From the IMG/VR virus record IMGVR_UViG_3300037067_004637: DNA of 64,000 nt. One strand, 5' to 3'. The position numbers and the translations under genes were made by a program. The notes under the pieces are model-generated. The model did no database searches. It worked only from the letters and a program-made list of their open reading frames with translations, and had not been told where the DNA came from. This stretch comes from an uncultured virus (IMG/VR IMGVR_UViG_3300037067_004637) (lineage: Duplodnaviria > Heunggongvirae > Uroviricota > Caudoviricetes). Shown one piece after another: positions 21,032 to 30,813 of the stretch (the stretch's first letter is position 1; every line of letters begins with the position of its first letter).

Positions 21032-22054
21032 TTAATATTTTGATTTTCTAATCATATATGGTGGTATATTACCTTTCACTCTAAAACCATGTCCATATAA
21101 AGCACTATCAGCTAATGTATCATTAACAGTTTTACCAGCGAATAATCTTTGATTTCTAAGTTGATCTTTATCTGGTAAAAGATAATAAGCTGGAACAACT
21201 ACTTCATAAACAACAATATCATCTTTTGGATAAGCCATTTTACCAAAAGTTTTTGCCATATCAGGGAATATAGATAAATAAACAAAACCTGTTTGAGATT
21301 GCATAGATTTCTTAGTACTTTGTTTGGTTGTTAATAAACCTTCTTTTTCTATATTTAATTCAGCAGAAGTTCCATGATATAATTTTATAGGTCTTAACAT
21401 TCTATAAGAATATTTATCTCTTAATGGTCTTAATAATTCTGTAAATTCTTTTAATTTTTTTGGTGTTGGGTCAGAATAAAAAAATTCTGGATATTCCTTT
21501 AGTAAATCAACAGGATTACTCATATCAACATTTACATTTGATTCGATAAATTTACCTTCATTTATAGATGTTTTATTTTTCTCATAATTATCTAAAATAA
21601 AATCTTTCATTTTATCGTTAGTAATATAATCAAAAATATTTTGTTCACTATCGTATAAATTTATATATGGATCAGCACCATATTTTAATAAAAGTTCTAC
21701 TGATGAAAATTGTTCTTCAAAACTATCTGATCTATAAATAATCATAAATAAAGGTGTTTCTCCATGTAAATTTTGACAATTAACATTTGCACCATTTTCC
21801 AATAAAAATTTTATTATATCAAAATAATTTTTCCAGCAAGCTATTAATAATGGCGTATTAGTATATTTATTAACACAATTAACATCAGCACCTCTTTCTA
21901 AAGATTTTTGAACACCTTTTAAAAAATTATGTTCTGTACTTTTTATAAGCATTTCATCTGGTGATAAATTACCCAAATCTTTTAAAATTTCTTTATCAGA
22001 TTTAGGTTTCATTTTATCTCTTAGAGATTCATTATATGTTTTTAAGTATTTCAT
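21032..22054 (-). CDS. Ankyrin repeats fused to an ADP-ribosyltransferase-like domain
   Basis: GADVN..N....TPL repeats; INE linker; LYHGTS....I..EGL, VYLS, A..F, V.YEV. Confidence 0.75.
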   Translation of the reverse strand: MKYLKTYNESLRDKMKPKSDKEILKDLGNLSPDEMLIKSTEHNFLKGVQKSLERGADVNCVNKYTNTPLLIACWKNYFDIIKFLLENGANVNCQNLHGETPLFMIIYRSDSFEEQFSSVELLLKYGADPYINLYDSEQNIFDYITNDKMKDFILDNYEKNKTSINEGKFIESNVNVDMSNPVDLLKEYPEFFYSDPTPKKLKEFTELLRPLRDKYSYRMLRPIKLYHGTSAELNIEKEGLLTTKQSTKKSMQSQTGFVYLSIFPDMAKTFGKMAYPKDDIVVYEVVVPAYYLLPDKDQLRNQRLFAGKTVNDTLADSALYGHGFRVKGNIPPYMIRKSKY

Positions 22055-22533
22055 TCTGTTGCACCATATTTTTTAAGTAGTTTGATTATTTCTTTATCTT
22101 TATAAAAATATTCAGAAGCATACATTAAAGCAGTATAACCTCTATCATCTTTAATGTTAGTATCAGCACCATTTTTCAATAATATTTCAACTATATCTTT
22201 ATATTCACATCTTGTAGCAAATAATAAAGGTGTATTACCATCAGCACCATATTTAACATTAATATCAGCACCATTTTCAATTAAAAATTCAACTATATCT
22301 TTATGACCTTTCATTGTAGCAAATAGTAAAGGTGTCCAACCATATTTATATTTATAATTAATATCAGCACCTAATTTTAATACTTTTTCAACTCCTTTTA
22401 TATAATTATTTTCGATAGATATAAATAATAATTCTTCTGGTGATAAATCATCTAATTCTCTTAAAATTTCTTCATCAGATTTAGGTTTCATTTTATCTCT
22501 TAGAGATTCGTTATATGTTTTTAAGTATTTCAT
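22051..22533 (-). CDS. Ankyrin-repeat protein
   Basis: GWTPLLFA, GNTPLLFA, GYTALMYA; shared leader MKYLKTYNESLRDKMKPKS. Confidence 0.9.
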   Translation of the reverse strand: MKYLKTYNESLRDKMKPKSDEEILRELDDLSPEELLFISIENNYIKGVEKVLKLGADINYKYKYGWTPLLFATMKGHKDIVEFLIENGADINVKYGADGNTPLLFATRCEYKDIVEILLKNGADTNIKDDRGYTALMYASEYFYKDKEIIKLLKKYGATE

Positions 22534-22536
22534 AAT

Positions 22537-23157
22537 TTACATTGTAACAATACTTTTTATATTAAATTTTCTTTTAAAATTTTTATTCATTGCACATTTA
22601 ATTAATTGATCTATTTCTATTAAATATAATTCAAATTTTTGAAATTCAGGCCACACATTATTATCTACTAATAATACATCATCTTGATATAAAAATATAA
22701 TATCAAATTTTTTAATATTAGTATCTTTAATATTTTTTGTAACCATAAAATTATTATCATATTTTTCAATTAAATTATTAAAAATTTCATTTAAAAATAT
22801 ATCATAATCTTTATTTTCATTTTGATGTAAATCTAATTCATATTTTTCAATTATATACACAAACTCTTTATAATATAAATTTTTCAAATTTTCATTATAA
22901 ATTAAATATTTTAATTCTTCTTTATTATAACAATTAAAAATATAATTGTATATTAAATTAAAATTAAATTCACTTTTATTAGAAAGATTAATATTTTTAT
23001 CAAGTATCATTTTAACACCTTTAAAATAATTATATTTTAAAGATTTACTTAATATTTCTAAATCAGATAAATTTTCTAAAGAATTTAATATATCTTCATC
23101 AGATTTAGGTTTCATTTTATCTCTCAGAGATTCATTATACGATTTAATATATTTCAT
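22537..23157 (-). CDS. Hypothetical protein with MKYIKSYNESLRDKMKPKS leader
   Basis: Same ~50-aa N-terminus as the ankyrin paralogues, unrelated C-terminus. Confidence 0.65.
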   Translation of the reverse strand: MKYIKSYNESLRDKMKPKSDEDILNSLENLSDLEILSKSLKYNYFKGVKMILDKNINLSNKSEFNFNLIYNYIFNCYNKEELKYLIYNENLKNLYYKEFVYIIEKYELDLHQNENKDYDIFLNEIFNNLIEKYDNNFMVTKNIKDTNIKKFDIIFLYQDDVLLVDNNVWPEFQKFELYLIEIDQLIKCAMNKNFKRKFNIKSIVTM

Positions 23158-23205
23158 AAAAAATATAAACTTTAATATTTTTTTATTATATATAAAAATA
23201 AAAAT

Positions 23206-23496
23206 ATGATTACAAAAAATTTAAAGTCATATAAATGTATATGTTGTGGTTTTGAAATAAAACCAGTACAACCAGAATTATTTGATAAAATGAATTCTGA
23301 AATTAATCATTGGATGTGGGATGGTGGTGTAGTCACAAGAATTAATATGCCATATGGTAGTTCATTAGATGGTGATTCATATTTTATAGCTATATGTGAC
23401 AATTGTGTGGAGAAACTACACAAAGAAGGAAAAGCTTTATACATAGAAGATTATATTTCAAATAAAATATTTAAAGAAAATTATGAAAAAGAATAA
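23206..23496 (+). CDS. Zinc-binding hypothetical protein
   Basis: CICC...YGSSLDGD...ICDNC. Confidence 0.6.
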   Translation: MITKNLKSYKCICCGFEIKPVQPELFDKMNSEINHWMWDGGVVTRINMPYGSSLDGDSYFIAICDNCVEKLHKEGKALYIEDYISNKIFKENYEKE

Positions 23497-23872
23497 TAAA
23501 GTTGATCCAAAATATATTGATATACCTAATATATGTTTTTCTCTCACTAAACCAGATGATGAAAGAGAAGAAAAATTTCAAAAACAAAGATTAGAAAGAG
23601 GATTTGATGATTCTGAAACATGGAGTTTAAGAGATACCATCGCTAATTTTATATTACCGAGATTGAAAGTTTTTTTAAATTTATCATATGGTGAAAATGG
23701 TGTTTTAGTAGATGAAAACGATGAAATGAAAATTGCAATAAATAAAATGATTAGATCATTTGAACTTGTTTCAAGAGATAATGGTTCATTTATATTAACA
23801 AAAGAAGAAAAAATAGAATATGAAGAAGGTATGAAAATGTTTAAAGATTATTTTTTAGGTTTGTGGTGGTGA
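23483..23872 (+). CDS. Conserved phage hypothetical protein
   Basis: RGFDDSETWSL..TIA.FILPRL...EG...F..YF..LW. Confidence 0.6.
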   Translation: MKKNNKVDPKYIDIPNICFSLTKPDDEREEKFQKQRLERGFDDSETWSLRDTIANFILPRLKVFLNLSYGENGVLVDENDEMKIAINKMIRSFELVSRDNGSFILTKEEKIEYEEGMKMFKDYFLGLWW

Positions 23873-23902
23873 AAATATCTTCATTTGATTGATCTTTTAT
23901 AA

Positions 23903-24646
23903 TTAAAATGGTAAATCTTCATCATAATTATTATTCTTAATAATATCAAATTTTTGAATAAAATTTTTCTTTATTTTATAATCATTTAATTGTAGATTCT
24001 CAGTAAATATATCATCTATTTTTTTCAATCTTTGTTTTGATAAATTATTTTGGTTTACAATCTCATCCCAATCACGATCTATCATTTTATATTTTCTTAT
24101 TTCAATTCTTTTTCTATTATACATACTATTTTCATCCAATACTAAAAATTTTTTCTGCATACAATGTCTAACAGAACCTGAAATAGCTTCATAAAGATTT
24201 TCACCATCCCAAAAAGTACCACAACAACTTAAATCAACATTTTCTAACAAATTAAAAAAACAGGTTATTAAAGAATATTCATTATATGAATTATTATATG
24301 GTAAAATTTTACCAATACGTGGTCTTATAAATTGAACTTTTTTAAAGTTTGAGTTAATATATGTTATAGGTATTTGTATGACTGAAATTTCAGTATATAA
24401 TCTAAAAGTTTCTAGACTATATAATTCAATTTGTTTATAACCATGTTTTTCTAATACTGCCATAGCAGTTACCATACTAACTGGTAAAGTTAGTATATCT
24501 ATATCATTAATAGGTTGATCTGCTATAATATCTCTTATTGCACCACCAAATATTGTAATATAATCACTATTTTTAAATAATTCATTACTATTGAATTCTA
24601 AATACTCATCAAGAGATTTCTTGATTTTTATTTCTAAATCTGTCAT
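23903..24646 (-). CDS. Nucleotidyltransferase (poly(A) polymerase/CCA head-like)
   Basis: IFGGAIRD...INDIDIL; near-terminal RLKKIDDIF; ends YDEDLPF. Confidence 0.75.
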   Translation of the reverse strand: MTDLEIKIKKSLDEYLEFNSNELFKNSDYITIFGGAIRDIIADQPINDIDILTLPVSMVTAMAVLEKHGYKQIELYSLETFRLYTEISVIQIPITYINSNFKKVQFIRPRIGKILPYNNSYNEYSLITCFFNLLENVDLSCCGTFWDGENLYEAISGSVRHCMQKKFLVLDENSMYNRKRIEIRKYKMIDRDWDEIVNQNNLSKQRLKKIDDIFTENLQLNDYKIKKNFIQKFDIIKNNNYDEDLPF

Positions 24647-24714
24647 TAAAATAATAATTTAAAAGTGTGTTAAATGTTTTTCAAATATAATAAAATATTT
24701 TTAATTATCAAATT

Positions 24715-24924
24715 TTAATCTTTAATAAATAAATTATTTATATCAAATATTTCAAAAATATCATTATTTTGGTCTAATCTGATAAAAACATCAAACCCAT
24801 TTTGTTTTAGTCTATCAGATAAAATATTATCAACAATAATATTATTAATATTAAACTCGTTTTGTTTTTCAATAACACTTAACATATGATTATCAAATTT
24901 GTTAAGTTTTTTTACAGCTTTCAT
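24715..24924 (-). CDS. Small protein with CTS-like leader
   Basis: ATG at 24924 gives MKAVKKLNKFDN; the GTG start in the ORF track lies inside the omega-RNA-like element. Confidence 0.5.
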   Translation of the reverse strand: MKAVKKLNKFDNHMLSVIEKQNEFNINNIIVDNILSDRLKQNGFDVFIRLDQNNDIFEIFDINNLFIKD

Positions 24925-24947
24925 CAAAGCTTTTTTATCTAAATCTA

Positions 24948-25062
24948 ATGAACTACCACTAAAATAAATATTTAGCGATTTCACGTTTCACAGACTTCTC
25001 CAACGAGAACGCCTCACCATGTTTTTGTTTTAAGTCCGATATTCAGTTCCTGAACCAGACTA
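24948..25062 (-). mobile_element. IS200/IS605 right end / omega-RNA-like remnant without tnpB
   Basis: Minus strand tctggttcaggaactgaatatcggacttaaaacaaaaacatggtgaggcgttctcgttggagaagtctgtgaaacgtgaaatcgctaaatatttattttagtggtagttcat; subterminal hairpin, GGTAGTTCA end, GAACT/AGTTC pseudoknot potential; translates as a TnpB-tail-like SGSGTE/SDLKQKHGEA. Confidence 0.6.
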
Positions 25063-25223
25063 TTTTTTATTACTTTTTTGATTTTACATGTTTTAAGATT
25101 TTAAAACACAACCAAATATATCAAAGAACCTTTTTATAAATTTATATATTAAATATTTTGGGTCTAAAAATAGTATTTTTTAATATTTTTTATTATATTT
25201 AAATAAAATTTTGAAATTTGTTA

Positions 25224-25637
25224 TCATTTCTCTATTTCTTTTTCTATTATTTCAACTATATAATTTATAGCTTTTTTAGTACCATCTATAATAATATCAT
25301 ATAAAGAAAATATTACGTTAGCTTTTGGTATTATATCAAAATAATTTTCATCATTTAGTAATTCATCAATATCATTTTGATATTTTAAATAAAAATTAAA
25401 AATATCAGAATTTTCAATAAACCCTTCTAATTTTAAATTATCTATTTCTTTTTCTCTTATATCTTTTAAAACTTTTTTTAAACTATCTATATTTTCTTTT
25501 TCATTTTCTGGTAAATTTTGTTCTATAACTAAAATAACACCACGTTTTAAAGAATTATAAGTATTAGATAATTTATCTTTTACTTTATCATCTAAACTTT
25601 CGTTTAATTTATATGCGTTGAATTTTATAATTTCCAT
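25224..25637 (-). CDS. Hypothetical protein with CTS-like leader
   Basis: Likely start MEIIKFNAYKLNES, immediately after the stop of 25640-27313. Confidence 0.6.
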   Translation of the reverse strand: MEIIKFNAYKLNESLDDKVKDKLSNTYNSLKRGVILVIEQNLPENEKENIDSLKKVLKDIREKEIDNLKLEGFIENSDIFNFYLKYQNDIDELLNDENYFDIIPKANVIFSLYDIIIDGTKKAINYIVEIIEKEIEK

Positions 25638-25639
25638 AA

Positions 25640-27313
25640 TTAATCCCCTATTTTTCCACCAAAACAATTTATATTTTTAACTATACCATTATGAAATTCT
25701 CCATTATACCAATTACCATTTACATAATATCCATTATAAAATCTTCCATCATTCCAATTTGGTAATGTAATTTCAGAACCAAAAAAACCACCATAAAATT
25801 CACCATTATTCCAAATACCATCATTAAATTTACCACCAAACCATTTACCATTATTAAAAGTACCTTCATGCCAAATTGTATAATTATGATTTTTTGAAAC
25901 TATAACATTTCCATTATCATCCGTATATAATCCAGAATAAAATTCTCCATTATTAAAAGAACCTGAATACCAATTACAAATATTATAATCATAATTATAT
26001 TTTGGATATTGATAATATACTTTTATTTGTACACCACTTATTAAAGCTTTAATATTGTTAAATTCTTTATGTAAAGAAACTCTTAAATTAATACAAAATT
26101 CATCACTATTTATATCCTCTAATAACCAATTTTTACCCCATAAATTTAAATCACCACCATATGTATAATTCCATGTATATGTTGTTCCTGTTTCAACATT
26201 TGAATATGTTGCTTTATTTTCATAAATATCATCTACTATTGGATTTTCTGCTAATGATACTAAAACATCACTAACAGTATCTCCACTATTTGTTCCAATA
26301 ACATCTTTATATAAAGATAATCTAACTTCAAAACCACTTATTTCAGAACCACTTGGTATATTAAAATTAAAACCATATAATGTTAAAACTTTAGATGATG
26401 TTAATAAATTATCTACATTATTAAATTCAGTATCTACAACATCACTTAATGGATTTTGTAATTTGTTTAAAATATTAGTTTCATTCCACGTTAAACCACT
26501 ACCAGATTGAATATATAATGTTGGGTTGCTCCAATCTGTTATACCAGAAACCATATTTTCATTTATATATTTAGGTGTTCTATCAATAGTACATCCAAAT
26601 CTACTTTTAACATTAACATCAAATTGCGTAAATGTTCCACCATACCAATCACCTTTAAGAAAATCTCCACCTAAAAACACACCATTATACCAACTATGAC
26701 CATTAAATTGACCATTATAAAATTTTCCATTAAACCATTGAATATTATCCATATATCCAGAATACCAATTACCATCATACCATATAGAATTATAAAAAAT
26801 ACCATCATAAAAATTCCCATTTTTCCAAATAGAAGTTTTCATAACATTATTTGTTATATCATTAGATGCTAAAGGGTTTTCTGGATCATAAGCAGCATTA
26901 TAATTTTCCCAATATATTTCTTTTGTCCCAAAAACACCACCATAGAAATTACCATTTTCCCATTCTATTTTTTGTATAATTGAATTATTATTATTTTTAT
27001 TTATAATAATTAATTTACCATTTATGATATCGTATTTATTAAGTTTATAACTATAAAAATTCCCATTTTTCCATATACCATCAATCCATGTTCCTGAATA
27101 CCATGTTCCATCATACCACTCACCATCTATCCATTTACCTGAATACCAAACTAAACCATATTCATCTTCACCTAATATAGCATCTTCAAATACTGCATTA
27201 AATATCCAATTATATCTAATTTTTAATTTATCAATAGATAAACCATCAACAAACGTCATATTTACTTGATTAAAATCAACATTTTGTAAAGCCAATGCTA
27301 TATTAATTGCCAT
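25640..27313 (-). CDS. W/F-x-x-G pentapeptide-repeat virion protein with inserted beta-sandwich domain
   Basis: Many W.[NDS]G.[WF] repeats at both ends; central GFNFNIPSGSEISG domain; follows the tail fibre gene. Confidence 0.6.
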   Translation of the reverse strand: MAINIALALQNVDFNQVNMTFVDGLSIDKLKIRYNWIFNAVFEDAILGEDEYGLVWYSGKWIDGEWYDGTWYSGTWIDGIWKNGNFYSYKLNKYDIINGKLIIINKNNNNSIIQKIEWENGNFYGGVFGTKEIYWENYNAAYDPENPLASNDITNNVMKTSIWKNGNFYDGIFYNSIWYDGNWYSGYMDNIQWFNGKFYNGQFNGHSWYNGVFLGGDFLKGDWYGGTFTQFDVNVKSRFGCTIDRTPKYINENMVSGITDWSNPTLYIQSGSGLTWNETNILNKLQNPLSDVVDTEFNNVDNLLTSSKVLTLYGFNFNIPSGSEISGFEVRLSLYKDVIGTNSGDTVSDVLVSLAENPIVDDIYENKATYSNVETGTTYTWNYTYGGDLNLWGKNWLLEDINSDEFCINLRVSLHKEFNNIKALISGVQIKVYYQYPKYNYDYNICNWYSGSFNNGEFYSGLYTDDNGNVIVSKNHNYTIWHEGTFNNGKWFGGKFNDGIWNNGEFYGGFFGSEITLPNWNDGRFYNGYYVNGNWYNGEFHNGIVKNINCFGGKIGD

Positions 27314-27315
27314 AT

Positions 27316-29391
27316 TTATTTAATTAAATTTTTTAAATCATCTACTTCTTTTTGTAAATTTTCAACTATTTTATGTTCTTCTTTTAAAGCTTCAATTAAA
27401 ATAGCAACTACGTTATCATAATTTACCCCTTTTATTTCAGAATCATCTTTTGTTTTAGGTACAAGTTCTGGATATATAGTTTCTACTTCTTGGGCTATTA
27501 AACCAACTTTTCTTTCTTTGTTTTCATCAGATTTCCAATTAAAATAAACACCTCTTAAATTTAAAACTTTATCTAAAGAATTATCAAGAGTTATAATATT
27601 TTCTTTTAATCTTATATCAGAAGAAGCTACCCAATCTGTACCATAAGAAGAACCATTAACTCTAAAAATATATCCACTTTGTTCAGTTTCAGTTCCAATT
27701 AAAACAGTACCAGCATTTCCACTTGCATATTGTAAAATAACATTACCAGCATTTGTTGTTGAAGAACCATTTCCACCATTTATATAAACATCTCCACCAA
27801 TACTTGATGTATTAGCTGCAACACCACCTAATAAATATAAATTACCACCTTTAGCACTCGATGATGATGTAGATTGAGCTTGTACAGTTAAATCATAACC
27901 ATCTGAAACTGCTGCACTAGATATCACAATTGTTCTATTTGAACCAGAAGATAATGTTATATTACCACTAATTGTCATATTATTATTAAATAATGATGTG
28001 TTACCAACAATTAAAGTACCGTAAGCTGTTGAACCGTTACTACACAAATAAACGTTACCAACTGTTCCAGTAGTTCCACCATAAATATAAACGTTTCCAC
28101 TTGTGCCACTACCAAGAGCACCTGTTCCAGCGTTACCACCTCTTAACGTCAAGTGTCCACCGTCACCACCAGTACCACTACCACCAGCTTGTGAACCACC
28201 AGTACCACCTACAACTGTGGTAGCTCCACCTGCACCACCAACACCGTCACCACTTCCTATAGAACCACCTTGACCACCTACAACGTTAGTAGTACCACCT
28301 ACACCACCAGTACCAGAACCAACTGTTATACCGTATCCAGCACCAGCAAGTAAATAAACACTACCACCTGTTATGCTACCTATATATTGTGAATCTTGAC
28401 CACTAAAATATGTTGTAGTTGTTGCTGCTGTTGTTGCTGGTTCTCTACTATAAACTCTATTTCCTGAACCACCTAAACGTATATTACCATTCACTGATAA
28501 AGTAGTACCATCAAATTGTAAATTAGCTTCACCATTCAAACCAGTTGCTGTTCCATCAGATGTTATTATTCTATTGTCGCCATAATACGATATTGTTGCA
28601 CCACTTGGTATAGTTTGTGAAGATATATAACCGTTATTATCTATCACTAACATTTGTGAACCAGAACCACCCAATTCCGTTATAACTAAATTAGGTACAT
28701 AAACAGTATTTGCACTTATTGCTGTAATACCATTACATGCTATAACAGCAACATTTGTTAATCCAGATTCAACAATATTATTTATACCACCAATTATAGC
28801 AGACCTTACCGATTTTATAATACCCCTATCACCACCTAATATAACAGAATTAACACTTGTCCCACTAATATTATTATCTACACCACCTAAAATCGCACTA
28901 TTATCACTTAATATATCACTTTCTAATGAGTAAGTGGCTGAATGATTAAAACTACCATTTCCACTAGCTTTAACTAAATATGATGCAATACCAAAACCAC
29001 CAGCTAAACTATAATCACCACCAGCATATGTATATGTACCAAAAGCTCTTGATGATAAACCTGCTGATGTTGTCCACATACCACCAGAATATGAATAATC
29101 ACCTTCTGCTTTTGTATAAAAACCAGCAGATTGTACATAATTACCAAAAGGCCAAACTAAATAACCATTTGCTAAATATCTTTCACCATATGATAAACCA
29201 GATAACGAACCAATAACAACAGAATCACCAATAACATCACCACTTAATGATGTTTGTATAGTTTCTACTGTATTATTTGATTTTTTTATTTTTATTTTAT
29301 TTCCATCTTCACTGTCAATACCAAGTAAAAGATATCCTTTATCTGGTGGTAATAATTGACTGAATTTTGTTTCTTTAATTTTGATAGCCAT
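27316..29391 (-). CDS. Tail fibre/spike with Gly-rich shaft and C-terminal intramolecular chaperone (peptidase S74)
   Basis: SAILGG..N repeats, Gly-rich GG.GG, SDIRLKENI...LRGV.F.WK...GLIAQEVE..PELV...LIEALKE coiled coil. Confidence 0.88.
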   Translation of the reverse strand: MAIKIKETKFSQLLPPDKGYLLLGIDSEDGNKIKIKKSNNTVETIQTSLSGDVIGDSVVIGSLSGLSYGERYLANGYLVWPFGNYVQSAGFYTKAEGDYSYSGGMWTTSAGLSSRAFGTYTYAGGDYSLAGGFGIASYLVKASGNGSFNHSATYSLESDILSDNSAILGGVDNNISGTSVNSVILGGDRGIIKSVRSAIIGGINNIVESGLTNVAVIACNGITAISANTVYVPNLVITELGGSGSQMLVIDNNGYISSQTIPSGATISYYGDNRIITSDGTATGLNGEANLQFDGTTLSVNGNIRLGGSGNRVYSREPATTAATTTTYFSGQDSQYIGSITGGSVYLLAGAGYGITVGSGTGGVGGTTNVVGGQGGSIGSGDGVGGAGGATTVVGGTGGSQAGGSGTGGDGGHLTLRGGNAGTGALGSGTSGNVYIYGGTTGTVGNVYLCSNGSTAYGTLIVGNTSLFNNNMTISGNITLSSGSNRTIVISSAAVSDGYDLTVQAQSTSSSSAKGGNLYLLGGVAANTSSIGGDVYINGGNGSSTTNAGNVILQYASGNAGTVLIGTETEQSGYIFRVNGSSYGTDWVASSDIRLKENIITLDNSLDKVLNLRGVYFNWKSDENKERKVGLIAQEVETIYPELVPKTKDDSEIKGVNYDNVVAILIEALKEEHKIVENLQKEVDDLKNLIK

Positions 29392-29500
29392 CGAATTTAT
29401 TGTTTTTTATTATATATTAATTTTAATTGATTTAATTTTGTAAATAAAAAAAATTTTATTATATTTGTTTTTTATTTTTAAACCTTAAAAAGCTAACATT

Positions 29501-30250
29501 ATGAAAATTAATAAGTTAACTTTAAAATTTTTTACAAAAAAGAATTTTTTAATTACTTTTTTAATCACTTTTTTATCATCTTTTTCATTTTCTCAAAACA
29601 TTAATAATGAAAATGAAAACATTATTGATACAACTAACATAATAAAAAATGTAAATTGTGTTATAAAAATAGAACTTGATTCAATTTATGAAAGTTATAC
29701 AGAAAAAATGGGATTATCTTTAAAACATTTCACTGAAGCTTTATCTTTAATTGAATCAAATAATAGTTATTTAAGTAGAAGAAGTTATGTTAATTCAAGT
29801 GGTATTAGAGTATATTCTCAATATTGGGGTAAATATCAATTAGGTACATCTGTTAGAAAAACTATTGGAATAAGTCACATATCTTGGACTACTTTTAAAA
29901 ATAATCCTGAATTACAAGATGCTGCTATGAATTTATTAATAGCAAGAGTTAAATCAAAATTAGAAAATCATATAGTAAAAAGTGGTGATACTATTAATAT
30001 ATTTAAAAAATATTCTGGTAAAGTTATAGCACATCATTATATAACAGAAAGTGGTTTAATAGGTATGGCTCATAATTGTGGTATTGGTGGTGTTACTTCA
30101 TTTTTAGCTTCAAATGGTAAAATTAAACCTAAAGATGGTATGAACACATCCGCATTATCTTATTTATCTTTAGCTAATTATAATATTAATATAACAGTTG
30201 AAGAAGCAGAAGAAAATTTAAAGAAAATTTTAGCTGAATTAAAAAAATAA
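29501..30250 (+). CDS. Secreted lysozyme-like/transglycosylase protein
   Basis: Signal-like N-terminus; IES.N.Y, GKYQLG, PELQD, ITESGL...AH..G.GGV. Confidence 0.7.
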   Translation: MKINKLTLKFFTKKNFLITFLITFLSSFSFSQNINNENENIIDTTNIIKNVNCVIKIELDSIYESYTEKMGLSLKHFTEALSLIESNNSYLSRRSYVNSSGIRVYSQYWGKYQLGTSVRKTIGISHISWTTFKNNPELQDAAMNLLIARVKSKLENHIVKSGDTINIFKKYSGKVIAHHYITESGLIGMAHNCGIGGVTSFLASNGKIKPKDGMNTSALSYLSLANYNINITVEEAEENLKKILAELKK

Positions 30251-30498
30251 TGAACCTTTTTGAAATTAAAAAAAGAATAGAACCATTGGGGTTTAAATAT
30301 GAACTTGGTAGTTCTTTTGTTTTTATACATAAAGATTTTAAAATGATATTATATCATCTTAATTTTAAAATAGAATTATGGAAAACAATAGAAGTTGGAC
30401 ATTTAAGAAAAATTTACTTTGGTTATTCTTTTGAAGATTGTTTAATTTTAATTCAAAAAGAAATTAAGATTTTAAAATTAAAAAATATTAATGAATAA
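30250..30498 (+). CDS. Hypothetical protein, C-terminal tag variant
   Basis: Ends EIKILKLKNINE. Confidence 0.5.
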   Translation: MNLFEIKKRIEPLGFKYELGSSFVFIHKDFKMILYHLNFKIELWKTIEVGHLRKIYFGYSFEDCLILIQKEIKILKLKNINE

Positions 30499-30763
30499 AG
30501 AGGATTTTATAGATTTTTTATTAAAAAATAATTTTATAAAACAAAATTCTAATATGATATTTTTAGGTCATATTGGTGAATATTTAATATCTGCTGATTT
30601 TTATGTATATGTTAAAAATACTGTTAACATAAGAACAAAAATTTTTAATTTTAAAACAAATACAATTGATATTGTAGATATTAATAATAAAAGTTATGAT
30701 TTTGCAAAGAATTATATAAACAAGTTAAGTAGAAAAACAAAGATTTCTAAAATATTCAAATAA
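30491..30763 (+). CDS. Hypothetical protein, C-terminal RxxK tag
   Basis: Ends SRKTKISKIFK. Confidence 0.5.
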   Translation: MNKEDFIDFLLKNNFIKQNSNMIFLGHIGEYLISADFYVYVKNTVNIRTKIFNFKTNTIDIVDINNKSYDFAKNYINKLSRKTKISKIFK

Positions 30764-30813
30764 ATAATATTGGCATATATTTTGTTTATTATATAAAAAA
30801 TAAATAAAATATC

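Noticed and set aside
24929..24947. In-window target for the putative omega-RNA guide
   Set aside because: Only short AT-rich partial matches were noticed (e.g. near 15655 and 33012), which are expected by chance
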